From Cyanophora paradoxa CCMP329 (Eukaryota; Plantae; Glaucophyta), in the NCBI GenBank assembly GCA_004431415.1, contig QPMI01000033.1:13545-77544 (forward strand): a DNA stretch of 64,000 nucleotides, in the 5' to 3' direction. The notes beneath the pieces were generated by a model. The model made no database searches, had not been told where the DNA came from, and worked only from the letters and a program-made list of their open reading frames with translations. The position numbers and the translations under genes are program-made. Positions 48,471 to 59,484 of this stretch are shown here, piece after piece (the first letter of the stretch is position 1; every line of letters starts with the position of its first letter).

Positions 48471-49136
48471 ATGCATACCGATACAGATTGCGAGACTTGC
48501 GAGAACTTACAACAGGGGAGCGCGGCGTGGCACGCGGCGCGCCGTGAAAAACTAACTGCATCTAATTTTGCGGCTGCGTGCGGTATAAACCCCTGGAAAT
48601 CCAGGGCCCGCCTGTGGGCGGAGCTAAGCGGGATAGCGGAGGAAAACAACTTTGACAACCCTGCCCTAACCTACGGGCATGACTATGAGCCCTTCGCGGT
48701 CTCTCTCTACAAAACGTTGAACAATAACGTGGACGTGCAACATACTGGATTGCACGAACATAAGGAACTGCCCTTCCTGGCGGGGAGCCCGGACGGGCTA
48801 ATCGGAAACGATCGCATACTCGAAATAAAATGTCCGTACAAACAAGAACTCTACGACAAGGTTCCTACCTATTACATGACGCAGCTGCAAGGACTTTTAG
48901 ACATAACGGGCCGCGAGTGGGCCGAACTTTTTTGCTTCACGCCTCTGCGCGTGCAAACGTGGTACGTCAGACGGGACGAGAGGTACATCGAGCTCATGCG
49001 GCGGTGCTTACATCTATTTTGGTCGCACGTGAAGGCTGGAACTCCGCCCGAGCCCTACAGCGATCGAATGAAGTCAGAGAACCTCAGCGAGGAGCAGGCG
49101 GCGCTGCGCGAGTTTAAGTCGTACGCCCTCCTCTAG
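48471..49136 (+). CDS. YqaJ-like / lambda-exonuclease family viral recombinase nuclease (copy 1)
   Basis: LQQGSAAWHAARREKLTASNF, YGHDYEP, PD-(D/E)xK core FLAGSPDGL..ILEIKCP, and YYMTQLQGLL. Confidence 0.92.
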   Translation: MHTDTDCETCENLQQGSAAWHAARREKLTASNFAAACGINPWKSRARLWAELSGIAEENNFDNPALTYGHDYEPFAVSLYKTLNNNVDVQHTGLHEHKELPFLAGSPDGLIGNDRILEIKCPYKQELYDKVPTYYMTQLQGLLDITGREWAELFCFTPLRVQTWYVRRDERYIELMRRCLHLFWSHVKAGTPPEPYSDRMKSENLSEEQAALREFKSYALL

Positions 49137-49714
49137 TGTCCCGACCCTCTCAGATATTAATTTAAAGATCTGGGAGGGTCGGGACACGTCTCTTGGTCAG
49201 ACTACTTATGTACGCCCTCCTCTAGTGTCTCGACCCTCTCAGATATTAATTTAAAGATCTGGGAGGGTCGGGACACGTCTCTTGGTCAGACTACTTATGT
49301 ACGCCCTCCCTCCTCTAGTGTCCGGACCTTTCCAATAATCTATAAAGAAAGTAGGGAGGGTCCGGACACGTCTCTTGGTCGGACTCACCGTAGCTTGGTG
49401 TAGCTCAGGCCCAGGCGGGGAAGGCGAGTCTGCAATGAATCAGACCCCACAGGATTTGGTTGAGCTGCTCTTTGCAGGGGGGCAGGAAGGCGGCCGCAGA
49501 GGGCTAGGGAGACTAGATCTAATTAGTAATCCCACACCGCGCATGTGCAAGCGACAGAGAACGAAGTGAGTAAATGCAGATCGATGATACGGCAATCATG
49601 AGTTGTTCAGAAAAGGTCGGGACACATAGAGAGTGCATGCCCTCACTCTCGTCCGCCCTCGCAATGTCCCGACCCTCCCAGATCTTTAAATTAATATCTC
49701 AAAAGGTCGAGACA
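49136..49714. repeat. Palindromic repeat cluster: three tandem ~89-93 bp units with 52-bp palindromes (49136-49187, 49225-49276, 49318-49369) plus an inverted copy (49665-49714)
   Basis: Core sequence GTGTCCCGACCCTCtCAGAT-attaatttaaag-ATCTGgGAGGGTCGGGACAC. Confidence 0.95.
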
Positions 49715-49815
49715 TTCATTGATCATATGCATGACGTCACTTGAATTCGCACGTTCGTATTTACACACTGGCACGCGCATCCCGTTCGCGAAGTCCACAC
49801 TGTGACATCCGACAA

Positions 49816-51427
49816 TCACACGCGCCTGTGAATGAGAGCATAGCAGTCGGAGAAAACGTTGTAAACCTCTGGGAAGCTTGGCGCCATGCCTGCCCTTGCC
49901 TGCTTAGCCTGGCGCTCTACTGCGTCGTCGAGCATGTCTTCCTCCCACGTGATGTAGCGTCGCTTTCGGCTGCCCATTTGCCCTCCGTCCGCGTCGGAGA
50001 AAGCGCGTCTCACTCCGAGGTACTTCTCCAGCAGGTACTTGATGACTTGCCAAGACTGCTGCGAGAGCCGCTTCTTCTCACCGTCCGCTGCATCGAAGCG
50101 GGGCGCGCGCTCGTCCAGACTCTGCAGAGCCGCGTACGCCTCCCGACCCTCCGGCGACGCCAGGGCCGCGTAGGCTTCGTCCGACCACAGAGCACGCCCG
50201 CGAGCTTTCCATACCCCCGCCAGCCGAAGAGTTTCTTGAACAGCGCGACGACCTTCGATACCTTGAGGCGCTCAGCAGTAGGCACGATCTCGGCAACGTC
50301 CGCGCCATGCTTCAGCACCAGCGTGACCACGGCAGTGAGCGGGATGGAGTAGAACGAATCCCACATCCAGGCGACGTCTCCTTCGGTCAGCTCGCTCGGA
50401 TCCTTGGCCAGGAACGCGGCGATCGACGTGCGAGCAAGCGAAGCAACCTTCTCGATGTCCAGCTTAGCGAGAGACTCGCGGGACTGCCTCCAGGCCAGCA
50501 CCGTGCTCCACAGATCGACGGGCTCCAGCGCGCCCGCCTCCAGCACGCTCCTGATCTCGCGCAGCCGCTGCTCCTTCTCCTGCTTCGGTCCGCTCGGGTT
50601 TTGATCCTCCGTGACTTGCACGTTCATCAGCGCGCAGGTCGACATCAGCCGCAGGCGCGCTGCCACTGCGAGGCGCCGAGTGGGCATGCCGGCGCGGCGG
50701 CTCCCGCGGTGGCTAGCCTTCAGGTCCAGGTAGCGCTGCATGTCGTCCGAGCTCTCGTCGTCGTCGCTCTCACGCCAGTGCGCAGCCGCCGCGCCGACCG
50801 CAACCGAGGGCGTCCGGTTCTTGCGCACGGCGACGAGCAGGTGCTCTCCGTCGGGCGTGCTGCGTTTGCGCAGCCTTCTGACTCGAAACAGCAGCTGCAC
50901 GATGTCGTCCGCCTCCAGCTGCGCGGGCTCTGCCTGGAACACGCCGTAGACCTTGTCAAAGTGCGCGTCCGAAAAGTCCACGCCTGCCCCGAGCGCGGAA
51001 GTTGCGATGAGCACGTCGCAGGCCTTGTACGCGCCCTCCTCAGACACATCGATCGACACGATGCGCACTGGGCCCTCGTTCGTGAAGCGCACGCTCTTCT
51101 CCTTGGCCTGCCCAACGATGAGCCCGATCGTGAACGGTGCGCCGCTGCCGTCCTCGGGCCCTGCCTCGAGCTGAGTCACGTACTGAGCGCCGCCCAGGCT
51201 GAGCTGCTCCAGCGCCTGCTTCGCAATCTTCTCCTGCATCTCGATCGCCTTGGCCGGCGTCTCTGCAATGATCATCGCCCGGCAGCGCCCCGGTCTGCAC
51301 AGCGCCATGATGTCCGCCTCGACGTGCGCCGGGCTGTCTGACACGCGCATCTTCCAGTCGCAGGTGCGATGCGAGTTGTACAGGAGCCCCAGGCGCGCCC
51401 CGACCTCCTGCGCCGACTCTGCCAGGT
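49816..51427 (-). pseudogene. 5'-truncated duplicate of the UL9-like helicase
   Basis: Identical to the 3' part of 53601-55213; cut at the duplication junction, so it lacks motifs I-III; an extra frameshift at ~50197. Confidence 0.85.
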
Positions 51428-51473
51428 GTTCGCGCCATGCTCGCGGCTCGGTGAGAATTTCTACCTGTACCCC

Positions 51474-52217
51474 CTACTCGCGGTCGGGGTATCGAGGGCC
51501 TGGCAGCCTCGCGCGCTTCCGCAGCTCGGCCTCGTCTGGCGACCAGCTCGTCGGATCATTGCTGTACTCCATCCACCTGCGAATCTGACCCTCCCGCAGT
51601 ATCTCTTGGCGCTGCTCCGCCGTGGGCGCCGGTGGGCCGTACGGTGGGCCGGCAGGCGTCAGTTTTCTATACTTGTATCTCTTGAACCGTTCTTCCATAT
51701 TGTCTTGTTCTTCGTCCCATCCTTCAGGGATCAAATCCGATGGGGGGACATAGGGTACCACCCATTCATCTTCCTTGTTTTTGGCGTGGTGAACGAAGCC
51801 TTGGAAGTAGTGCTTCAAAATATTGAGCGGGCGATTGATGATCTCCGTGCGAGTGCCCGCATTCAGGAAGAGATCCAGTATAACTCTCTGAACGTCTTGG
51901 GGCAGGTAGGTCATGGGGCTCTTGCGCGAGCCGAACGCCCACCAGAGCTTGCGAAGTTCATCGCGAACCCTGCCCATGTCGTCCCTGTGTTCGATTTCGT
52001 ACACCGGCGGCTCATACGTTCGGATGTCTACCCTGGACCCGAGGCCTCTGCGTGCCACATCGCGCAAATACGTCGCAGCCATGCCCCCGTCTCGCATTGT
52101 ATTGGGGATCTCTTCTTTCACCCAGCCGATCAGCCCGTTTACCTGCTTAGTGTAATCTCGGATGTACCCCGATAGCGGTGGGAGGGTAGTCTGATTATCA
52201 GACATATGCATTCGCAC
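51474..52217 (-). CDS. Viral-type hypothetical protein with F-box-like motif (paralog B, intact copy)
   Basis: Intronless ORF of 247 aa containing LRKLWWAFGSRKSPMTYLPQDVQRVILDLF. Confidence 0.8.
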   Translation of the reverse strand: MRMHMSDNQTTLPPLSGYIRDYTKQVNGLIGWVKEEIPNTMRDGGMAATYLRDVARRGLGSRVDIRTYEPPVYEIEHRDDMGRVRDELRKLWWAFGSRKSPMTYLPQDVQRVILDLFLNAGTRTEIINRPLNILKHYFQGFVHHAKNKEDEWVVPYVPPSDLIPEGWDEEQDNMEERFKRYKYRKLTPAGPPYGPPAPTAEQRQEILREGQIRRWMEYSNDPTSWSPDEAELRKRARLPGPRYPDRE

Positions 52218-52255
52218 ACATCAAGAAATTCTAAACGCTACTGCGAGGCTAAGCT

Positions 52256-52921
52256 ATGCATACCGATACAGATTGCGAGACTTGCGAGAACTTACAACAG
52301 GGGAGCGCGGCGTGGCACGCGGCGCGCCGTGAAAAACTAACTGCATCTAATTTTGCGGCTGCGTGCGGTATAAACCCCTGGAAATCCAGGGCCCGCCTGT
52401 GGGCGGAGCTAAGCGGGATAGCGGAGGAAAACAACTTTGACAACCCTGCCCTAACCTACGGGCATGACTATGAGCCCTTCGCGGTCTCTCTCTACAAAAC
52501 GTTGAACAATAACGTGGACGTGCAACATACTGGATTGCACGAACATAAGGAACTGCCCTTCCTGGCGGGGAGCCCGGACGGGCTAATCGGAAACGATCGC
52601 ATACTCGAAATAAAATGTCCGTACAAACAAGAACTCTACGACAAGGTTCCTACCTATTACATGACGCAGCTGCAAGGACTTTTAGACATAACGGGCCGCG
52701 AGTGGGCCGAACTTTTTTGCTTCACGCCTCTGCGCGTGCAAACGTGGTACGTCAGACGGGACGAGAGGTACATCGAGCTCATGCGGCGGTGCTTACATCT
52801 ATTTTGGTCGCACGTGAAGGCTGGAACTCCGCCCGAGCCCTACAGCGATCGAATGAAGTCAGAGAACCTCAGCGAGGAGCAGGCGGCGCTGCGCGAGTTT
52901 AAGTCGTACGCCCTCCTCTAG
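52256..52921 (+). CDS. YqaJ-like / lambda-exonuclease family nuclease (copy 2)
   Basis: Identical translation to 48471-49136. Confidence 0.92.
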   Translation: MHTDTDCETCENLQQGSAAWHAARREKLTASNFAAACGINPWKSRARLWAELSGIAEENNFDNPALTYGHDYEPFAVSLYKTLNNNVDVQHTGLHEHKELPFLAGSPDGLIGNDRILEIKCPYKQELYDKVPTYYMTQLQGLLDITGREWAELFCFTPLRVQTWYVRRDERYIELMRRCLHLFWSHVKAGTPPEPYSDRMKSENLSEEQAALREFKSYALL

Positions 52922-53499
52922 TGTCCCGACCCTCTCAGATATTAATTTAAAGATCTGGGAGGGTCGGGACACGTCTCTTGGTCAGACTACTTATGTACGC
53001 CCTCCTCTAGTGTCTCGACCCTCTCAGATATTAATTTAAAGATCTGGGAGGGTCGGGACACGTCTCTTGGTCAGACTACTTATGTACGCCCTCCCTCCTC
53101 TAGTGTCCGGACCTTTCCAATAATCTATAAAGAAAGTAGGGAGGGTCCGGACACGTCTCTTGGTCGGACTCACCGTAGCTTGGTGTAGCTCAGGCCCAGG
53201 CGGGGAAGGCGAGTCTGCAATGAATCAGACCCCACAGGATTTGGTTGAGCTGCTCTTTGCAGGGGGGCAGGAAGGCGGCCGCAGAGGGCTAGGGAGACTA
53301 GATCTAATTAGTAATCCCACACCGCGCATGTGCAAGCGACAGAGAACGAAGTGAGTAAATGCAGATCGATGATACGGCAATCATGAGTTGTTCAGAAAAG
53401 GTCGGGACACATAGAGAGTGCATGCCCTCACTCTCGTCCGCCCTCGCAATGTCCCGACCCTCCCAGATCTTTAAATTAATATCTCAAAAGGTCGAGACA
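52921..53499. repeat. Second copy of the palindromic repeat cluster (52921-52972, 53010-53061, 53103-53154; inverted copy 53450-53499)
   Basis: Part of the 3.78-kb duplication. Confidence 0.95.
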
Positions 53500-53600
53500 T
53501 TCATTGATCATATGCATGACGTCACTTGAATTCGCACGTTCGTATTTACACACTGGCACGCGCATCCCGTTCGCGAAGTCCACACTGTGACATCCGACAA

Positions 53601-56600
53601 TCACACGCGCCTGTGAATGAGAGCATAGCAGTCGGAGAAAACGTTGTAAACCTCTGGGAAGCTTGGCGCCATGCCTGCCCTTGCCTGCTTAGCCTGGCGC
53701 TCTACTGCGTCGTCGAGCATGTCTTCCTCCCACGTGATGTAGCGTCGCTTTCGGCTGCCCATTTGCCCTCCGTCCGCGTCGGAGAAAGCGCGTCTCACTC
53801 CGAGGTACTTCTCCAGCAGGTACTTGATGACTTGCCAAGACTGCTGCGAGAGCCGCTTCTTCTCACCGTCCGCTGCATCGAAGCGGGGCGCGCGCTCGTC
53901 CAGACTCTGCAGAGCCGCGTACGCCTCCCGACCCTCCGGCGACGCCAGGGCCGCGTAGGCTTCGTCCGACCACAGAGCACGCCCCGCGAGCTTTCCATAC
54001 CCCCGCCAGCCGAAGAGTTTCTTGAACAGCGCGACGACCTTCGATACCTTGAGGCGCTCAGCAGTAGGCACGATCTCGGCAACGTCCGCGCCATGCTTCA
54101 GCACCAGCGTGACCACGGCAGTGAGCGGGATGGAGTAGAACGAATCCCACATCCAGGCGACGTCTCCTTCGGTCAGCTCGCTCGGATCCTTGGCCAGGAA
54201 CGCGGCGATCGACGTGCGAGCAAGCGAAGCAACCTTCTCGATGTCCAGCTTAGCGAGAGACTCGCGGGACTGCCTCCAGGCCAGCACCGTGCTCCACAGA
54301 TCGACGGGCTCCAGCGCGCCCGCCTCCAGCACGCTCCTGATCTCGCGCAGCCGCTGCTCCTTCTCCTGCTTCGGTCCGCTCGGGTTTTGATCCTCCGTGA
54401 CTTGCACGTTCATCAGCGCGCAGGTCGACATCAGCCGCAGGCGCGCTGCCACTGCGAGGCGCCGAGTGGGCATGCCGGCGCGGCGGCTCCCGCGGTGGCT
54501 AGCCTTCAGGTCCAGGTAGCGCTGCATGTCGTCCGAGCTCTCGTCGTCGTCGCTCTCACGCCAGTGCGCAGCCGCCGCGCCGACCGCAACCGAGGGCGTC
54601 CGGTTCTTGCGCACGGCGACGAGCAGGTGCTCTCCGTCGGGCGTGCTGCGTTTGCGCAGCCTTCTGACTCGAAACAGCAGCTGCACGATGTCGTCCGCCT
54701 CCAGCTGCGCGGGCTCTGCCTGGAACACGCCGTAGACCTTGTCAAAGTGCGCGTCCGAAAAGTCCACGCCTGCCCCGAGCGCGGAAGTTGCGATGAGCAC
54801 GTCGCAGGCCTTGTACGCGCCCTCCTCAGACACATCGATCGACACGATGCGCACTGGGCCCTCGTTCGTGAAGCGCACGCTCTTCTCCTTGGCCTGCCCA
54901 ACGATGAGCCCGATCGTGAACGGTGCGCCGCTGCCGTCCTCGGGCCCTGCCTCGAGCTGAGTCACGTACTGAGCGCCGCCCAGGCTGAGCTGCTCCAGCG
55001 CCTGCTTCGCAATCTTCTCCTGCATCTCGATCGCCTTGGCCGGCGTCTCTGCAATGATCATCGCCCGGCAGCGCCCCGGTCTGCACAGCGCCATGATGTC
55101 CGCCTCGACGTGCGCCGGGCTGTCTGACACGCGCATCTTCCAGTCGCAGGTGCGATGCGAGTTGTACAGGAGCCCCAGGCGCGCCCCGACCTCCTGCGCC
55201 GACTCTGCCAGGTACGCGAGATCGACCGACCGAACGAAGCCGTCCATCGCCACGATGCGCGATGCCTTCATCACGCCGCGCCATAGGCCCACGCAGCGCG
55301 CGTTTCGAGGCACTGACCGCATACCTAGGTGCAGGCCGGTGGGCTCGAGGGTGCCGCTCGAGGTGAGGTGCTTCGTGAGGGAGGAGAGCTCGTCCAGCAC
55401 GACCAGTAGCGGCGCCGTCGACCAGCCCTCCCAGTCCTCGAGCACCTTGTGCAGCGAGTCCCATGTGATGACGACGCACCTGCACTCCTCATGGCGGAAG
55501 CCCCACTTGCCATGCGATCCCTTTGAGCTCTCCGGTGGCTTCTTGATGTCCATGTAAAGCACGGCGTCCTTTGACAACTCCGCAGCATCAATGCGACGCT
55601 TGAGGTCGCGGGAGAAGGCCCGGCGGCAAGTCACGAGGATCACTCGCCAGCCGCCTGCAAGGGCCGGGTCCAGGTACGCATCGATCAGCGCCTGCGTCTT
55701 CCCCGTGTTGAGTCCCGAGCAGATGACGTCGACCTGCGGCTGAGCGGATCTCGGGTTCTGCTCCAGCGCCCCGAATGCGGAGGTAAGGATCTTGCACGAG
55801 AGGTGGCGTTCATCCACTGCATTGACGCAAGCCTCCAGGCCCGTCGACTCGAGCGCGATCAGGAGGGAGGGGAGGGCAATGTCGAAGGCGACAGGCTGCG
55901 AGGGATCGGTCACATAGCGGGTCTGTGCCACGCTGCCCGACTCCCCTCCGGTCCCTCCCCCTCGAGCTCGACTTCAATACCGTGCGCCTGGATGGAGATT
56001 CGAGCCGCCGGCGCCCCGGCTGACTCCCGCCCAGGACGAGGGTGATGGACCCGTCGGGCTCGACTCCAAGGTGCTGAACGCGGCGGGCGTCGTGCAGGCC
56101 AAGGTCCGCGCGCAGCTCTGCCCCCGCCTTCCAGATCTCGTCCCTCACCGCCTTGTTCTTGCGTAGGCGGTCCAGGAGCCGCTCCAAGGCCGGCAGGCTT
56201 GGGCTCGAATCCAGGAGAGCGCCCGGCTCCGGGATGGGCTTAGCGCGGGGCGCCGAGCTTCTGGATGGAGTGGGGAGGAGCTCCGCTCGCGGCCCGGGCG
56301 CCGGCCCCCGCAGAACGTAGCCCCCGGTGCCATCCACACCGAGCTCCAGGCCGCTCGAGCTCCCAAAGAACCATGCCATGAGATCGCAAGCCTCCGGGCT
56401 CTGTAGGACGTAGGCAGCCTTGAATCCATTATCCAAGGGGCGAGAGAAAGTGAAGCCTCCGAACTTGGTTGCAAAGGCGCAGGCTGCCGCAGTGCTCGTC
56501 TCATCCTCGGCACCCGAGAAGTGGCTGGGGGTGATGCAGGGCGGGTGGAAGACGCAGAAAGCCGTCCCCAGGGTCGGGCTGCAGGCCTTCTGGACTTCGA

Positions 56601-56722
56601 CGAGAGGGAATCGAACGAAAAAGCTGCACTCCTGCTCGCTCAGATCTATCTGCTGTACCCCGGGCCCGGGCATACGGGCCAGGAAGGCGTCGACGTCGAG
56701 AGACACGCGTCCGGTTGCCATG
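53601..56722 (-). CDS. Origin-binding-protein (herpes UL9-like) SF2 helicase, probably fused to an N-terminal Prim-Pol-like domain across two homopolymer frameshifts
   Basis: UL9-type motifs SGLNTGKT, VILVTCRRAF, VITWDSLHKV, VVLDELSSL, IVAMDG, DVLIATSALGAGVDFSDAHFD and QLLFRVRRL in ORF 53601-55931. The upstream ORF from ATG 56722 joins if one G is restored in each of two G-runs (~56027, ~55945). Confidence 0.85.
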
Positions 56723-56811
56723 GTCGTCTCTCTATAGCTAGGCTTGGAAAATTCTAGATCTACTAGGCTAGTCAACGTCTGTTGGCTAGCTATAGTCGAC
56801 GTCTGGACTGC

Positions 56812-56947
56812 TGTCTCGACCTTCTGAGATATTAATTTAAAGATCTGGGAGGGTCGGGACAGGCTCTGGTCCGTCTGGATCCGGACTGCTCAGCGGCTGT
56901 CTCGACCTTCTGAGATATTAATTTAAAGATCTGGGAGGGTCGGGACA
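56812..56947. repeat. Two further 50-bp palindromic repeats (56812-56861, 56898-56947) upstream of the helicase gene
   Basis: TGTCTCGACCTTCTGAGATATTAATTTAAAGATCTGGGAGGGTCGGGACA twice with an 86-bp period; the reverse complement of 53450-53499 with one mismatch. Confidence 0.95.
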
Positions 56948-58091
56948 GGCTTTGGTCCGACCTTAAGCGCTCAACTAGACCCGGTTGACACCGTCTTGAT
57001 CTCTCCTTCTTGGCGCAGCGGACGATGTGACGCGCAGACCGTCGGCCCGGCGGACGGGGAGGCGCGCGCGTAGAACTTCGGAAGCGCTAGCCCCTTGCTT
57101 GACCGAAGCTTAGAAAGTTTTGAGCGCACGTGAATGCGACACGTGTAGAGAGAAGGCAGAGCGCGCCGGAGCTAGCTTGCGCGGCCGAGCGCTCGACCGC
57201 CTTTGCTCCTAAGCTCAGAAAGTTTTGGGCTCACGCGGTTGCTCCACGTGTTTCGACTCAAAACACAGTACCCCAACCCGAAAAAAAGCGCCCGGGCAGC
57301 GCATCTCGCAGCGCCCGGGCCCAGCGCTCCTTGCAGCACTTGCCAGAGGCACTAGCTTGCATTCCGCTCAGCCCGGAGAGCCGCCGCCTCGCTCCTTTCG
57401 ATTCGGAGGTGCGCCTCACTTCGCAACCTCTTTCTCCGCACCACGGCTAGCTCCGGACCTCAGATTTTGGGCGCTGGAAAGCTCTCTCGACGCCGCACTC
57501 ACGCCGCCACGCGCAGGGTCGCTCGCGCCGGCCGCGGACCTTCGAAAGCTCGATGGCGCCCGAGCCGGAGCACTCCGCCGCATCCCGCAGGTGCCAGCTC
57601 GCTCTCTTGCCGCTCTATCCCTTGCATTTAGCACCTAGAACATGCCCCGCAACCTCGCGCTCGATTCGCCCGCGTCCGCTGACATTTGGTCTCTGAGCAG
57701 GTGCCGAGATTGGCCGCCGCGCCTTCCGCAACTCGAGCCGACGTTCGCGGCGACTTGCGCACGCTTCTAGATCTCGTTCTCAAGCCCGCGCATCGATTCG
57801 GCGGCTCCGGCTCGCCTCCCCGCGCCTCCAGCCCCGCGCCCCACACCCGTTCTTGTCCTAGCTAAGCCCTCCCTTGTCCGCGGCCAGTCGCGGGCTACGC
57901 GCATCGCGGATAGCATCAGTGGAGCTACGTTTCAGCGCTGGACGCAGGCCCGCCCGCCCAATCCTCCCACCTCCCGCTCGCAGCACGCTCACTGGGCCGC
58001 AGGCAGCTTCGCGGGGAGCCGCTGGATTCGAAGCCGCGCACCTTCCCCGCCCGTCCCGACGTCGTACGCGCTAACGTCGCCCGCGCCGCAG

Positions 58092-59247
58092 GTGGCCGCC
58101 AGGCCTCCTGCATCCAGGCCTTCGAGCCGGTGTGGCTGCGGGAGAAGCGCCTCGCCTTCTGGCAGGAGACGGCCTCCTGTCCCCTCACCCGCTTCATCAT
58201 CGCCCACTGCGCCGTCGACCCCACCACCTACGTCGCCGCCCCGAACACGGAGGGCTACATGACGAGCGTCGCGGGCATCGTCGAGTACATCGCGCGCACG
58301 GAGGGCCCCGACACCTCCGCCGCCGTCGGCGCCGACATCGAGAACGGCCGGCTGGACGAGACCCTCGCCGGCTTCGGCTCCTGGTGCCGCCCCTACTCCT
58401 ACAAGCTCGGCGGCGTCTGGCAGACCTACATCCGCGGCATCGTCCCCAAGGCCCCGCTCTCCCTCGGCGAGAGCCAGCCGGCGCTGGAGGCGATCGCGAT
58501 CCCCGTCGCCCAGTTCAAGGACCCGGCGCCCGACGTCGGGCCCTTCCTCGTCAAGCCCCACACCAAGGGCAAGGGCAAGCGCACCCGCAACTCGGCGCCG
58601 GCCTTCCTCCCGCCCCAGCCCCCCGCCACGGCCCCCCAGCAGCGCCCCGGCCAGCAGCGCATCGACGAGATGCTGCCGCGCCAGGTCCGGCCCCGCGTAC
58701 CCCCCGCCTTCCCTCCCGTACCCCCCCTCCCCCCGCCCCCCTCCTGATCCAAGGGCAGGGTACCCCGACGAACGGCGGCGCGGGCCCGAGCGGCTACGGG
58801 AGCTCGGCCTCCTCCGCGAGCGCCGACGGCCCCAGCCCCCTCCCCGGCCCCGGCGCCGTCCTCACCGCGATCCAGGGCTTCGGGGCCCAGCAGGAGGCCG
58901 AGCGGCGGGCGCTGGCGGCGCGCCAGGCGCGCGAGGCGGAGGAGCGGCGCCAGGCCCTCTGGGCCCAGCGCCTGCAGGCCACCATCGCCTTCCGCGCCGA
59001 GCTGGACTCCGGCTTCCGCGCGGCCAGATCGCCGGGGCGGAGGCCTCGGAGCGCTGGCGGGCGTTCGAGGCGGAGTCGGCGGGGCTGGCGAAGGGCCTCG
59101 GCTACAGCTACCGGCGCGTGCCCGTGCTCAAGACTACGCGTCGGCCGCGGCGCGGGAGGCCTCGCGGGCGAGATCGACGCGGCGGAGGAGCAGGCGGCGC
59201 GCGAGGAGGCCGAGGACAACGCGCGCTTCCGGCACCTGCACCACTGA
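58092..59247 (+). CDS. Hypothetical protein (Pro-rich middle, coiled-coil C-terminus); probable frameshifts near 58740 and 59035; 5' exons possible
   Basis: Strong GC3 codon bias in 58092-58740 and 58750-59247; a CTAAC...CGCAG acceptor at 58071-58091. Confidence 0.6.
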
Positions 59248-59295
59248 GGCCCGAGGCGGTATTTTTTCTCAACCCTCCCTCAATTCGGTCCCGCG

Positions 59296-59484
59296 ATGGC
59301 CTTCGAAGCTTATCCTGCCCACTACTCGCTAGGAGCGCTGGCCGCGACCCTCACCTGGCTCCTCGGCGGCACCCCCACGGCCTCGGCGGTCATAGGCGTG
59401 GGCTTCGGCTACGCCGCCAAGTCCCTCTACGCCCCCGGCGGCGCCTCGCAGGCGGCGGCCGGCATGCGCCCCGCCGGGCGCTAA
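59296..59484 (+). CDS. Small hydrophobic (two-TM) protein
   Basis: 62 aa with YSLGALAATLTWLLG and AVIGVGFGYAA; GC3-biased codons; T-rich upstream motif. Confidence 0.65.
   Translation: MAFEAYPAHYSLGALAATLTWLLGGTPTASAVIGVGFGYAAKSLYAPGGASQAAAGMRPAGR

Larger units (their letters stand above)
47642..55213. repeat. Head-to-tail tandem duplication of ~3,785 bp (47642-51427 and 51426-55213)
   Basis: Identical ORFs are offset by 3784-3786 nt. The junction gccag-GT-gttcg shows 2-nt microhomology. Confidence 0.95.

Noticed and set aside
49136-49369. CRISPR-like array (palindromic repeats at regular spacing; also 56812-56947)
   Set aside because: The intervening sequences are copies of each other rather than unique spacers, the repeats are ~50 bp, there are no cas genes, and the context is eukaryotic.
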